Source: an uncultured bacterium | GTDB lineage: Bacteria > Verrucomicrobiota > Kiritimatiellia > RFP12 > UBA1067 | NCBI GenBank assembly: GCA_902761035.1 | Contig: CACWIW010000015.1 | Location: forward strand, 1,586 to 65,585 | DNA: 64,000 bases | Reading direction: 5' to 3' | Part shown: positions 33,016 through 41,337 of the stretch, in pieces | Position numbering within the stretch: the stretch's first letter is position 1 | How the letters are laid out: the number at the start of each line of letters is the position of its first letter | Notes under the pieces: generated by a model | The model's input: only the letters and a program-made list of their open reading frames with translations | The model's database searches: none | What the model was told of the DNA's origin: nothing | Made by a program: the position numbers and the translations under genes

Positions 33016-34038
33016 ATGAGTAAAAGAAGGTTATTGGTTTTCGGGGCTACAGGGTATGTCGGAAGGTACCTGTGTTGCCGTTTGAAAGAGTTAGGGCATG
33101 ATTTCCTTGCAATAGGAAGATCGCCGAAGGTGGCGGAGTTCTTTGCCGAGAATGGAATACCGTTTGTCAAATTTGACTTAAATGGTAATGTGCCAATCCA
33201 CGATGTCATAGAGGGGAAGAGTAGTGATGTAATTGTAAACTTGGCTGCATGTCTTGCCGAGCATGAGACGCCAGTTGAACGTTTTTTTGAAGTAAATACA
33301 ATAGGTACATATAGACTTCTCGAGTTTGCTCGGTACATTGGTACCTCCAAATATGTCATGACGACCTCCCATAAGGTGTACAATGATGTGGATGTTCCCG
33401 CAGGGACTCTGATTTCGGAAGATGTGCCGCTTAAGTATCGTGGAGATCACACGCCTTACATTATTTCAAAGGTTGCGGCGGAGAACTTTGTGGAATATTA
33501 TAACCGAGATTTTGGCATGGATGGGATTTGTTTGCGGTTGACAGGCGTACATGGTTACGGGGAGATATTAGGACATCTTACCGCAGATGGACATTACAAG
33601 AAAAGTACTTTTGAGATTTTCTTTGAAAAGGCATTGCATGGCGATACTATTGAAGTTTGGGGCGACCAGAGTGTTAAGCGTGATCATGTTTATATAAAAG
33701 ATGTGGTTTCGGCAATTATCGCAGCGGCTGGAGCAGACAATGCCCGTGGAATATTCAACATCGCCTCAGGAGTCGGTTATTCTCAATATGAAGAGGCGTG
33801 TGTTTTGGCCAAGGTGTTTTCAAAGGACAAAGTGTCTTCGGTTGTATGTGTGCCTGAAAAACCTGGACTAAAGCATGGATATGTTTATGACATATCAAAG
33901 GCGAAATCTATGCTGGGATGGGCACCCGCGTATGCTGACTTGCAGGTTGCCTACGAAGACTATAAGCAAGAATGGAAATCCAAAAAATTCCACAACTATC
34001 ATAAAATAAAATCCGATGAGGCTCCGTTGTCGCTGTGA
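33016..34038 (+). CDS. NAD-dependent sugar epimerase/dehydratase (extended SDR)
   Basis: ATG 33016 follows AAGGAG (33003-33008); the ORF opens at 32947. It has the Rossmann motif LLVFGATGYVGRYL and the catalytic YIISK (YxxxK). Confidence 0.9.
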   Translation: MSKRRLLVFGATGYVGRYLCCRLKELGHDFLAIGRSPKVAEFFAENGIPFVKFDLNGNVPIHDVIEGKSSDVIVNLAACLAEHETPVERFFEVNTIGTYRLLEFARYIGTSKYVMTTSHKVYNDVDVPAGTLISEDVPLKYRGDHTPYIISKVAAENFVEYYNRDFGMDGICLRLTGVHGYGEILGHLTADGHYKKSTFEIFFEKALHGDTIEVWGDQSVKRDHVYIKDVVSAIIAAAGADNARGIFNIASGVGYSQYEEACVLAKVFSKDKVSSVVCVPEKPGLKHGYVYDISKAKSMLGWAPAYADLQVAYEDYKQEWKSKKFHNYHKIKSDEAPLSL

Positions 34039-35078
34039 GAAACAGGTCTATATTTTCTCTTAGGAAGCATTCCGCCGTAGTGGGGAGGGCTGCTGCTGGC
34101 ATTTACGCTATCTTAAAGGTGAATTTCAGTCACGGAGAAGTCGTCGTTCCCGCCAACATTTGTCCAATGGCGGTCTACCCTATTGTTTATGCTGGACTTC
34201 AGCCTCGGTTTTGCGATGTTGATGTGTTGTCTGGCAATGTAACGTTGAATATCATCAAGGATAAGGTTTCAGATAGCACAAAAGCCGTTGTTGTCCCGCA
34301 TATGTATGGCAATCCGGTCAAAGATATTGTGCAGATGAAGGAATTTTGTAAGTTGAAGGGTGTCTTGCTTATAGAAGATTGCGCTTCTGCTATGGGGGCA
34401 TCTTTTGACGGATTGCCGTTGGGGACATGGGGAGATTATGCTATTTTCAGCACAGGTCATGCAAAGACACTTGATTTGGGAGGCGGTGGTGTTGTTGTTT
34501 CCGACAGGGATTTGTCGGACATTGAACATGTTCTTAACGACATCACATCAGACCCACTTGCGTCTGATGAACAGGAAAAAGTGTTCTCCACGACATATAG
34601 ACGATTTCTAAATACCCGGGCTTCGTTGGCTGAGTTTCCAGAAAGGAGTTTTTTTAAAGGTGATTTTCGTGCAATGATTCTTAAACCTATCGATGAGGCC
34701 TTGTCACATACTATCGTGAAAAGAATTTCCGAAGAATTGGAGTCAACTGTTACTTGGAGAAGGAATAGGCAAAAACTGTTTGAGGATATCTTTGATAGAA
34801 CTGTTGACGGTGTATTTCGATATCATTATGCAGATGGCGCAGTCCCTTGGCGCTTTTCGTTTTTTGTTGGGCAGAGTAGTCGACAGCATTTGGCGTGTGC
34901 GATGTTGTCAGAGTCGTTGCCAGTAAGTGACTGGTATCCTGTTGCCACGGAACTGTTTGGTGATAGTTCTCATTATCCACAGGCATCACAACATGGAAAG
35001 GCGATCCTGAATCTGCCGCTGTCGCTTGCTGTGACGGATTTCGAGAAAGCTTGTCAGTTGATTTCGAGGCATTCATAA
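34035..35078 (+). CDS. DegT/DnrJ/EryC1/StrS-family PLP aminotransferase-like protein (N-terminally short)
   Basis: GTG 34035 overlaps the upstream stop (GTGA). Motifs: VVPANICPMAVYPIVYAG, LLIEDCASAMGA and FSTGHAKTLDLGGGGVVV (putative PLP lysine). Confidence 0.8.
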   Translation: MRNRSIFSLRKHSAVVGRAAAGIYAILKVNFSHGEVVVPANICPMAVYPIVYAGLQPRFCDVDVLSGNVTLNIIKDKVSDSTKAVVVPHMYGNPVKDIVQMKEFCKLKGVLLIEDCASAMGASFDGLPLGTWGDYAIFSTGHAKTLDLGGGGVVVSDRDLSDIEHVLNDITSDPLASDEQEKVFSTTYRRFLNTRASLAEFPERSFFKGDFRAMILKPIDEALSHTIVKRISEELESTVTWRRNRQKLFEDIFDRTVDGVFRYHYADGAVPWRFSFFVGQSSRQHLACAMLSESLPVSDWYPVATELFGDSSHYPQASQHGKAILNLPLSLAVTDFEKACQLISRHS

Positions 35079-35112
35079 ATAATGTTTTAAAACACATTCC
35101 TGAAAGAAGATT

Positions 35113-36246
35113 ATGATGACAACATTCAACAAACCATACATGACAGGCCGGGAGACGGAGTACATTCGTCTGGCCGTCGAGTCGGGAAAGATTTCCGGAA
35201 ATGGCATCTTCACCAAGAGATGTCAGGCGTTCTTTGAGGAGCGTTACGGTTTCAGGAAGTGCCTCCTGACGACCAGCTGCACGGACGCGCTAGAGATGGC
35301 TGCGATCTTGACGGGCGTAGGCCCTGGCGACGAGGTAATCGTCCCCTCCTACACGTTCGTCTCGTCCGCGCTCGCGTTCGTGCGGCAAGGCGCGAAGATT
35401 GTCTTTTGCGACAGCTTCCGCGACAACCCGAACATCGACCCCGTGGAGATCGAGAAGCTGGTCTCGTCACGCACGAAGGTTATCGTGCCGGTTCATTACG
35501 CGGGCGTCGCGTGTGACATGGACGCCATCATGGACATCGCCCGTCGGCACGATCTTCTTGTGGTGGAAGACGCCGCACAGGCGATTGATTCGTTCTACAC
35601 GGGAAAAGACGGCGTACGGCGTCCGCTTGGTTCAATTGGGCATCTGGCGGCGTTCTCCTTCCACGAGACGAAGAACATCATCTCCGGCGAGGGCGGCATG
35701 TTGGTCGTAAACGATCCCAGATTCATCCGCCGCGCCGAGATCATCTGGGAGAAGGGCACGAACCGCGCCGAGTTCTTCCGGGGCGAGGTCAACAAGTACG
35801 GGTGGGTCGATACGGGCAGCTCGTTTCTGCCGTCGGAGATCGTCGCGGCGTTCCTCTGGGCGCAGCTGGAAAATCTGGACCGGATCCAGGCGAGGCGCCG
35901 CCAGATATGGGATTCCTATCACGCGCAGTTGTCGCCATTTGCCGCACGGGGCGAGTTCTCCCTGCCGGACATCCCCGGATACGCGACCAACAATGCCCAC
36001 ATGTTCTACCTTGTGTTCCCGGACCTGGAGAAACGTACGAAGTTCATCGGAGATATGAAAGCGCAAGATGTTCAGTGCGTCTTCCATTATCTTGCGTTAC
36101 ATGCTTCTGCATTCTACGCTGGGAAACACGATGGGCGTGCGTTGCCCAATTGCGACCGTTTTGCCGATTGCCTCGTTAGGATGCCGCTGTTTTACGAACT
36201 AGATCCGGAAATTGTCGTGCGGGCTATTTCAAAGGTCTGTTCATAG
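35113..36246 (+). CDS. wecE: dTDP-4-amino-4,6-dideoxyhexose transaminase (WecE/RffA type, DegT family)
   Basis: Blocks match E. coli WecE as I recall it: PSYTFVSSALAFVRQGAKIVF, RTKVIVPVHYAGVACDMDAIM, VVEDAAQ, FSFHETKN, EKGTNRAEFFRGEVNKYGW, AHMFY and RMPLFYEL. There is an abrupt rise in GC relative to the upstream genes. Confidence 0.9.
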   Translation: MMTTFNKPYMTGRETEYIRLAVESGKISGNGIFTKRCQAFFEERYGFRKCLLTTSCTDALEMAAILTGVGPGDEVIVPSYTFVSSALAFVRQGAKIVFCDSFRDNPNIDPVEIEKLVSSRTKVIVPVHYAGVACDMDAIMDIARRHDLLVVEDAAQAIDSFYTGKDGVRRPLGSIGHLAAFSFHETKNIISGEGGMLVVNDPRFIRRAEIIWEKGTNRAEFFRGEVNKYGWVDTGSSFLPSEIVAAFLWAQLENLDRIQARRRQIWDSYHAQLSPFAARGEFSLPDIPGYATNNAHMFYLVFPDLEKRTKFIGDMKAQDVQCVFHYLALHASAFYAGKHDGRALPNCDRFADCLVRMPLFYELDPEIVVRAISKVCS

Positions 36247-36256
36247 AGCAGTATCG

Positions 36257-37261
36257 ATGCGTATTTCCGTCATAATTCCTGTCTATAATGCCGCGCCGTG
36301 GCTTGGCGCATGCCTGGATTCGGTCCTTGGCCAGACATTGCGCGACATCGAGGTCGTGTGCGTGGACGACGGTTCGACGGATGGTTCCGCCGTCATTCTT
36401 GCGGAGCGTGCCCAAGGGGATTCGCGCGTCAAGGTGCTGACGCAGGTGAACTGCGGGCAGGGCGCGGCGCGGAACCGGGGACTGGAGATCGCACAGGGCG
36501 AATACGTCTACTTCATGGACGCCGACGACGAACTCGCGGATCTCTGCGCGCTTGAGCGACTGGCAGATGAGGCCCAACGCGAATGGTTGGACGCGCTTTT
36601 CTTTGACGCCGAGACGCGCGTGGACGAGGAACTTGACGTTCCGCCGTCGGTGGTCCGGGCCGAAGAATATGTCAGGCGGCACGACTATTCAGGCCTGCGG
36701 TCGGGCCTGACGCTGTTCATGGATTTCCTCAAGAACCGCGAATACACTGTGAGTCCCTGCCTTGTCTTGCTGCGCCGCGGTTTTCTGGAAAGATGCACTG
36801 TCCGGTTCCCCGATGAGCGTATTTTTTACGAAGACAACATCTTCATGACGCGCGTGTTGCTGGCGGCGCCCCGGGTAAGTCACCGTCCGTGGAGGTTGTA
36901 TCGCCGCAGGGTGCGCGTTGGCAGCACGATGACTTCCAGTCCGACGATGCGGCATTTGCGTGGAAGCCTGGCTTGCTACGAGAACTGCCTGGCGTTAATG
37001 GCGATGGCGGGCTGGGATAGAAAGACGCGGCGCGCACTTGCCGATCAGCTTGCCATGTTCAAGTTGCGCGTGCGGCGAATTGTAGATTCCTGCCCTGAAC
37101 TGTCGGCGGCGGCCGCGTGTGAACTGTCTCCTTCTGAACTGAGCCTCTTGCAGGCGATTCGAGTCTATCCATTAAGCGAGAAGATTGCCAACGCCTGGCG
37201 TTGCCTGCGCGACAACGGCCTGATGTACACGCTTCGTCGTATTTTTATGGGGCGGCAGTAG
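36257..37261 (+). CDS. GT2 glycosyltransferase
   Basis: ATG 36257 (the ORF opens at 36212). The head reads MRISVIIPVYNAAPWLGACLDSVLGQTLRDIEVVCVDDGSTDGS. The tail reads ANAWRCLRDNGLMYTLRRIFMGRQ. Confidence 0.9.
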   Translation: MRISVIIPVYNAAPWLGACLDSVLGQTLRDIEVVCVDDGSTDGSAVILAERAQGDSRVKVLTQVNCGQGAARNRGLEIAQGEYVYFMDADDELADLCALERLADEAQREWLDALFFDAETRVDEELDVPPSVVRAEEYVRRHDYSGLRSGLTLFMDFLKNREYTVSPCLVLLRRGFLERCTVRFPDERIFYEDNIFMTRVLLAAPRVSHRPWRLYRRRVRVGSTMTSSPTMRHLRGSLACYENCLALMAMAGWDRKTRRALADQLAMFKLRVRRIVDSCPELSAAAACELSPSELSLLQAIRVYPLSEKIANAWRCLRDNGLMYTLRRIFMGRQ

Positions 37262-37277
37262 GTGTGAATGTTAAATG

Positions 37278-37286
37278 TGGTATAAT
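37278..37286 (+). promoter_or_regulatory. Extended -10 promoter element (leaderless geometry)
   Basis: TGgTATAAT (37278-37286). ATG 37294 lies 7 nt downstream with no Shine-Dalgarno sequence. No convincing -35 element is present. Confidence 0.35.
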
Positions 37287-37293
37287 ACATCTC

Positions 37294-38328
37294 ATGCCCT
37301 TGATTTCCATCATCATACCAGTTTACAATGCCGAAACTTACCTTCGGCAGTGCATTGATTCGGTGTTGGGGCAGACGTTTCACAACATAGAAGTCATTTG
37401 TGTCAACGACGGATCGACTGACGGAAGTGCGGCGCTTCTGGACGAGTTCGCCGTCAGGGATGCGCGCGTTAGGGTATTGTCGCAGGCGAATGCGGGACAG
37501 GGTGCCGCCCGCAACGCGGGGTTGACCGCCGCACATGGCGAGTTCGTCGCGTTCCTAGACGCGGATGATCTCTATCCCGACAGCTCAGTCCTTGCCGACC
37601 TGGCCGCCGCCGCCGCACGCAGCGGTGCAGACGTGTGTGGCGGTAGTCTGGAGGAACTTCTTCCAAACGGTGCCGTCAATACGAAATTCACGGGGCTGGC
37701 GGCGGCATGCACCTTCGAGAAAGAGGGCCACATCGATTTCCGTGACTATGCCTACGATTATGGGTTCTACCGTTTCATCTACCGACTCGACTTCTTGAGG
37801 AGACATGGAATCGTATTTCCGTCTTACCGTAGGTTTCAGGATCCGCCGTTCATGGTGGAGGCTCTTGCGGCTGCTGGATCATTCCATGCAATCCCGCGAG
37901 CCACTTACCGTTACCGTGTGGAGATGCGAAAAACGGATTGGCGGGCGGACGGAATGCGCAAGGCTCGCGATTTGTTCATGGGGCTTGCCGACGTTGCGGC
38001 GGCGGCAGTACGACTTAAGTTGCCGCATCTGGCGGAAACCGTACTCTTCCAGGCGTGCGAACAGCATGCCGAGGTCTTGTTGGACGAAGAGGTAACGCAT
38101 GTATGTGCCGGTGAGGTCGCTGGATTGTGCAAAGCCTTTGACGAAAAGGATTTGCACCATTTGCTCAGCCGTGACTATCAGGGTCGAACGCCGCTTCTGT
38201 ACCGGCGAGCGAAATGCTGTTTCAGACAACATGGTGGAGCCGTGTTCCGTTGTTGCCGTTTTGCCTTAGATGTGTTCAGGCACGGCATGCCGTATGCTAT
38301 CGGGCGTTTTAAGGGGCATGCATTATGA
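37294..38328 (+). CDS. GT2 glycosyltransferase
   Basis: ATG 37294 (the ORF opens at 37201). The head reads MPLISIIIPVYNAETYLRQCIDSVLGQTFHNIEVICVNDGSTDGS, with FLDADD further on. Confidence 0.9.
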   Translation: MPLISIIIPVYNAETYLRQCIDSVLGQTFHNIEVICVNDGSTDGSAALLDEFAVRDARVRVLSQANAGQGAARNAGLTAAHGEFVAFLDADDLYPDSSVLADLAAAAARSGADVCGGSLEELLPNGAVNTKFTGLAAACTFEKEGHIDFRDYAYDYGFYRFIYRLDFLRRHGIVFPSYRRFQDPPFMVEALAAAGSFHAIPRATYRYRVEMRKTDWRADGMRKARDLFMGLADVAAAAVRLKLPHLAETVLFQACEQHAEVLLDEEVTHVCAGEVAGLCKAFDEKDLHHLLSRDYQGRTPLLYRRAKCCFRQHGGAVFRCCRFALDVFRHGMPYAIGRFKGHAL

Positions 38329-39209
38329 GATCGATCTGCATAGTGGTAGTTACATGGAACCGCCTCGATATGCTGAAGGCGTGCGTTGCGGCGGCAAAAA
38401 AGAATGCGCGCGAGGCCGATCTACTTGTGGTGGACAACGCATCGACCGACGGAACTGGCGAATGGCTATCGGGGCAAATTGGCCTGCATGTCCTTTCCCT
38501 TGCCGAGAATATGGGCGGTGCCGGTGGCTTTGCGGCGGGAATGAAATGGGCGAATGAGCGCGGATACGATTGGATGTGGATAATGGATGATGACGTCGTC
38601 CCTCTTGAAGGGGCTTTGGATGTAATTGCCGAGAATGCAGCGCGGGCCGATGTTATACAAGCTGCCAAGTATGGTGCGGATGGGGGCGAATGCGTGTTTG
38701 AAGGTTTGCTTAACCCGCGAACGATGCATCGTCGCAGGATTCCCGTCTCGTCTGTGCCGGCGTGTGGGTTCGTTTCGTGCAATGTGGCTACTTTTGAAGG
38801 GCTTTTCGTGAGTCGGCGCGCTGTGGATCGCATTGGACTCCCAGATGCGTCGTTCTTTTACGGGTTGGACGACCTTCTGTACGGTTACCGCGCGTCCGAG
38901 GCGGCGCGGTTCATCTTCGTCCCGAAGTTTGTCCTCAGGAAACAGGTCGACAAAAGTCGTGCAAAGTTATGCGGCCGACATTTCTATTCGTCTTCTCCGC
39001 AAAGCCGTTACTACCATGTGCGTAACTACTGGAAGGTTATGCGCTATCTTAGGGCTACGGGCAAGGGATCGTGGCGCATGTACTTGACTTACGCATACGA
39101 GGCGGCGAAGGCGCTTGCCATTACACTTCTGGTCGAGTTTGACGTAAGGGGATTTGCGCGTGTGTTGCGCGGAATCGTGGATGGCGTGCGTGGAAAGGGT
39201 GGCAGATGA
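38325..39209 (+). CDS. GT2 glycosyltransferase (rhamnosyltransferase-like subgroup)
   Basis: ATGA overlap with the upstream stop. Motifs: ICIVVVTWNRLDMLKACV, LLVVDNASTDGT and WIMDDDV. Confidence 0.85.
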   Translation: MRSICIVVVTWNRLDMLKACVAAAKKNAREADLLVVDNASTDGTGEWLSGQIGLHVLSLAENMGGAGGFAAGMKWANERGYDWMWIMDDDVVPLEGALDVIAENAARADVIQAAKYGADGGECVFEGLLNPRTMHRRRIPVSSVPACGFVSCNVATFEGLFVSRRAVDRIGLPDASFFYGLDDLLYGYRASEAARFIFVPKFVLRKQVDKSRAKLCGRHFYSSSPQSRYYHVRNYWKVMRYLRATGKGSWRMYLTYAYEAAKALAITLLVEFDVRGFARVLRGIVDGVRGKGGR

Positions 39210-40123
39210 AGATTGCCTATTTGCTTGACCGGCAATCCGTCGGCGGCGGAACGGAATACGTCCGGCATCAGATGGCGGCGCATCCGCATGATGAGTGCCG
39301 GGTGTTTGCGTCGGTTCGCGGCGAATGCACTGCCGCCTGTATGAACGAATGGGGGGCGGATGTCGTTCACGTCAACCACTTGAAGGCGCTCATACAGCTC
39401 TTCCGAAACCCTTTCAGGAAGCCCCGGGGAAAGGTTGTGTTCACCGTTCACGGCATACATCTGAGGAAATACGATTTTCTCCCAAAGACGATTATGAACC
39501 GCCTGAAGCGTTTCCTGCGCCTTTTACTTGAACGTTGGCTCTACCGCAGATGCGACGAGTTGATCGCTCTTACGGAAACGGACGCGGCGGATATCCAGCG
39601 ACTTTACGGCCCCGCGCTTCCTGTAGTAGTAGAACCTAATTCGGTGAACGTAGATGAACTGGCGCAGCCGATGGATACGCTCCGCTACCCGCTCGGCGAG
39701 TTCGCGTTCGTCTGCATCGCACGGTTCGACTTCCCCAAGGGGCAGGATATCCTCCTTCGCGCGATTGCCCAGGTCCAGGACCGCCTGCGGGCGAGCAGGC
39801 GGCGGACGCTTCTCATCGGCGGTGGTCAGATGCTGGACTCGATGAAGCGTTTTGCGGAGGCGTCTGGAATCTCTGACCTCGTTGAGTTCGCCGGAGAAAT
39901 CCCGGATGCAGGCGTCTACATGTTGTGCGGTGAAAAACTTGTTGCGCCAAGCCGTTGGGAGGGAATGCCGTACCTTCTTCTGGAGGCTGTTGCGCGCGGA
40001 CGCTCCGTCATTGCCAGCGACTGCCCCGGCAACCGTGACGTCCTGAAGGACTACGCCTCTGCACGGCTTTTCAAGGTTGAGGACGCGGAAGGGCTTGCCG
40101 CGTTGATGGAGGAGGGCGCTTGA
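39206..40123 (+). CDS. GT4 glycosyltransferase (Glycos_transf_1)
   Basis: ATGA overlap with the upstream stop. The EX7E motif is intact: SRWEGMPYLLLEAVARGRSVIASDCPGNRDVL. Confidence 0.85.
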   Translation: MKIAYLLDRQSVGGGTEYVRHQMAAHPHDECRVFASVRGECTAACMNEWGADVVHVNHLKALIQLFRNPFRKPRGKVVFTVHGIHLRKYDFLPKTIMNRLKRFLRLLLERWLYRRCDELIALTETDAADIQRLYGPALPVVVEPNSVNVDELAQPMDTLRYPLGEFAFVCIARFDFPKGQDILLRAIAQVQDRLRASRRRTLLIGGGQMLDSMKRFAEASGISDLVEFAGEIPDAGVYMLCGEKLVAPSRWEGMPYLLLEAVARGRSVIASDCPGNRDVLKDYASARLFKVEDAEGLAALMEEGA

Positions 40124-41114
40124 TGAAGACGGCGTTGCTGCATTACTGGTTGACCAACCGTCGCGGGGGCGAGCAGGTCTTGTCCGCACTGGGGCGCCTG
40201 TTGCCGGACGCCGACATCTACACGCATGCGTTCGGGCATAAAATACGCACGCCTGGCGAGGACGGCGTGTGGGAAGGGCATCGCGTCTGGGAGACTTTCA
40301 TCGCCCGCCTGCCTTTGGGACGACGGAAACCGCAGGCGTATCTGCCGTTAATGCCCGTTGCGACGCGCAGGATCGCGCTCGACGGATACGATCTCATCGT
40401 TTCCAGCGAGTCTGGGCCGATCAAGGGTATACGTAAGCCGAAGGGCGCGCGACATATCTGCTACTGCCATACGCCCATGCGCTATCTTTGGGATCTGCAC
40501 GATGAGTACTACCGCGACGCAGGTCCGTTGGGGAAGCTTGCAATGCGTCTCTTCACGCCGTATCTCCGGCGCGAGGATTTAAAGAGCGCGGAGTGTGTCG
40601 ATACGTTTGTCGCCAACAGCGCGTTCGTCGCGGATCGTATAAAGCGTATTTATGGTCGTGATTCTACGGTCGTCTATCCCCCTGTGGACGTGGATTTCTT
40701 CGGTGACTGCGAGCGTACCCCCGGCGACTATTACCTATTCGCCGGTGCGCCCGTGAAGTACAAGCGGCTAGACCTCGCACGCGCGGCCTGCGCACGGCTT
40801 GGCAGACGCCTCGTCGTGGCTGGCGGCGGGGAATTCACGCGCGAGGACATGCGCGCGGCATACGCGGGCGCGCGGGCGCTGCTTTTCCCGGGCGAACGCC
40901 CGTCATCGCCTACGGCTTTGGCGGGGCGCGCGAAACGGTCGTATCAGGCGAGACGGGACTTTTCTTCGCGGAGCAGACGGTTGATTCGCTCTGTGCCGCC
41001 ATGGAAGAGTTCGAGAGCCGCACATGGGCTCCCGAACGCTGCCGTGCTCAGGCCGCACGTTTCGCCCCGGCAGTTTTCAGCCGGAGCATGAATACTGTGC
41101 TGTATGGCCAATAA
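40123..41114 (+). pseudogene. GT4 glycosyltransferase disrupted by an internal deletion/frameshift that removes the EX7E block
   Basis: The start is ATG 40123 (TGATG overlap with the upstream stop). The frame reads ...ARALLFPGE (to ~40896) and then turns into Arg/Ser-rich nonsense ending at 41091. The conserved GT4 continuation PVIAYGFGGARETVVSGETGLFFAEQTVDSLCAAMEEFE is found in the shifted frame from 40899 to TAA 41112-41114. The expected E-D-F-G...E-A-x-A-x-G segment is absent. Confidence 0.6.
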
Positions 41115-41151
41115 GTCATCACTCAAAAGTAACTCGAACACTCCATCTAGT

Positions 41152-41297
41152 ATTGTTCACAAATCTTCATTGCCACCATTGTTCACAAATCACAAATATC
41201 AATAGTGGAGGGGGAAGGTCCCTCCTATTTGTATTGGTGGCAATGGTGACATTTGTGAACAATTGAGATTTGTGAACAATCGCAATTGTTCACAAAT
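41152..41297. repeat. Cluster of five copies of the 13-mer ATTGTTCACAAAT (orientation + + - - +) around a GC hairpin
   Basis: Copies lie at 41152-41164 (+), 41178-41190 (+), 41251-41263 (-), 41268-41280 (-) and 41285-41297 (+). Copies 4 and 5 form a perfect 13-bp inverted repeat with spacer CGCA. Extra inverted pairs are CATTGCCACC (41168-77) with GGTGGCAATG (41236-45), and ACAAATA (41192-98) with TATTTGT (41226-32). The central hairpin is GGAGGG (41207-12) pairing with CCCTCC (41220-25). Confidence 0.9.
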
Positions 41298-41337
41298 GTG
41301 CAAGTTATTGTTGAGCAACGACTAAGCCAAGAGAGCC

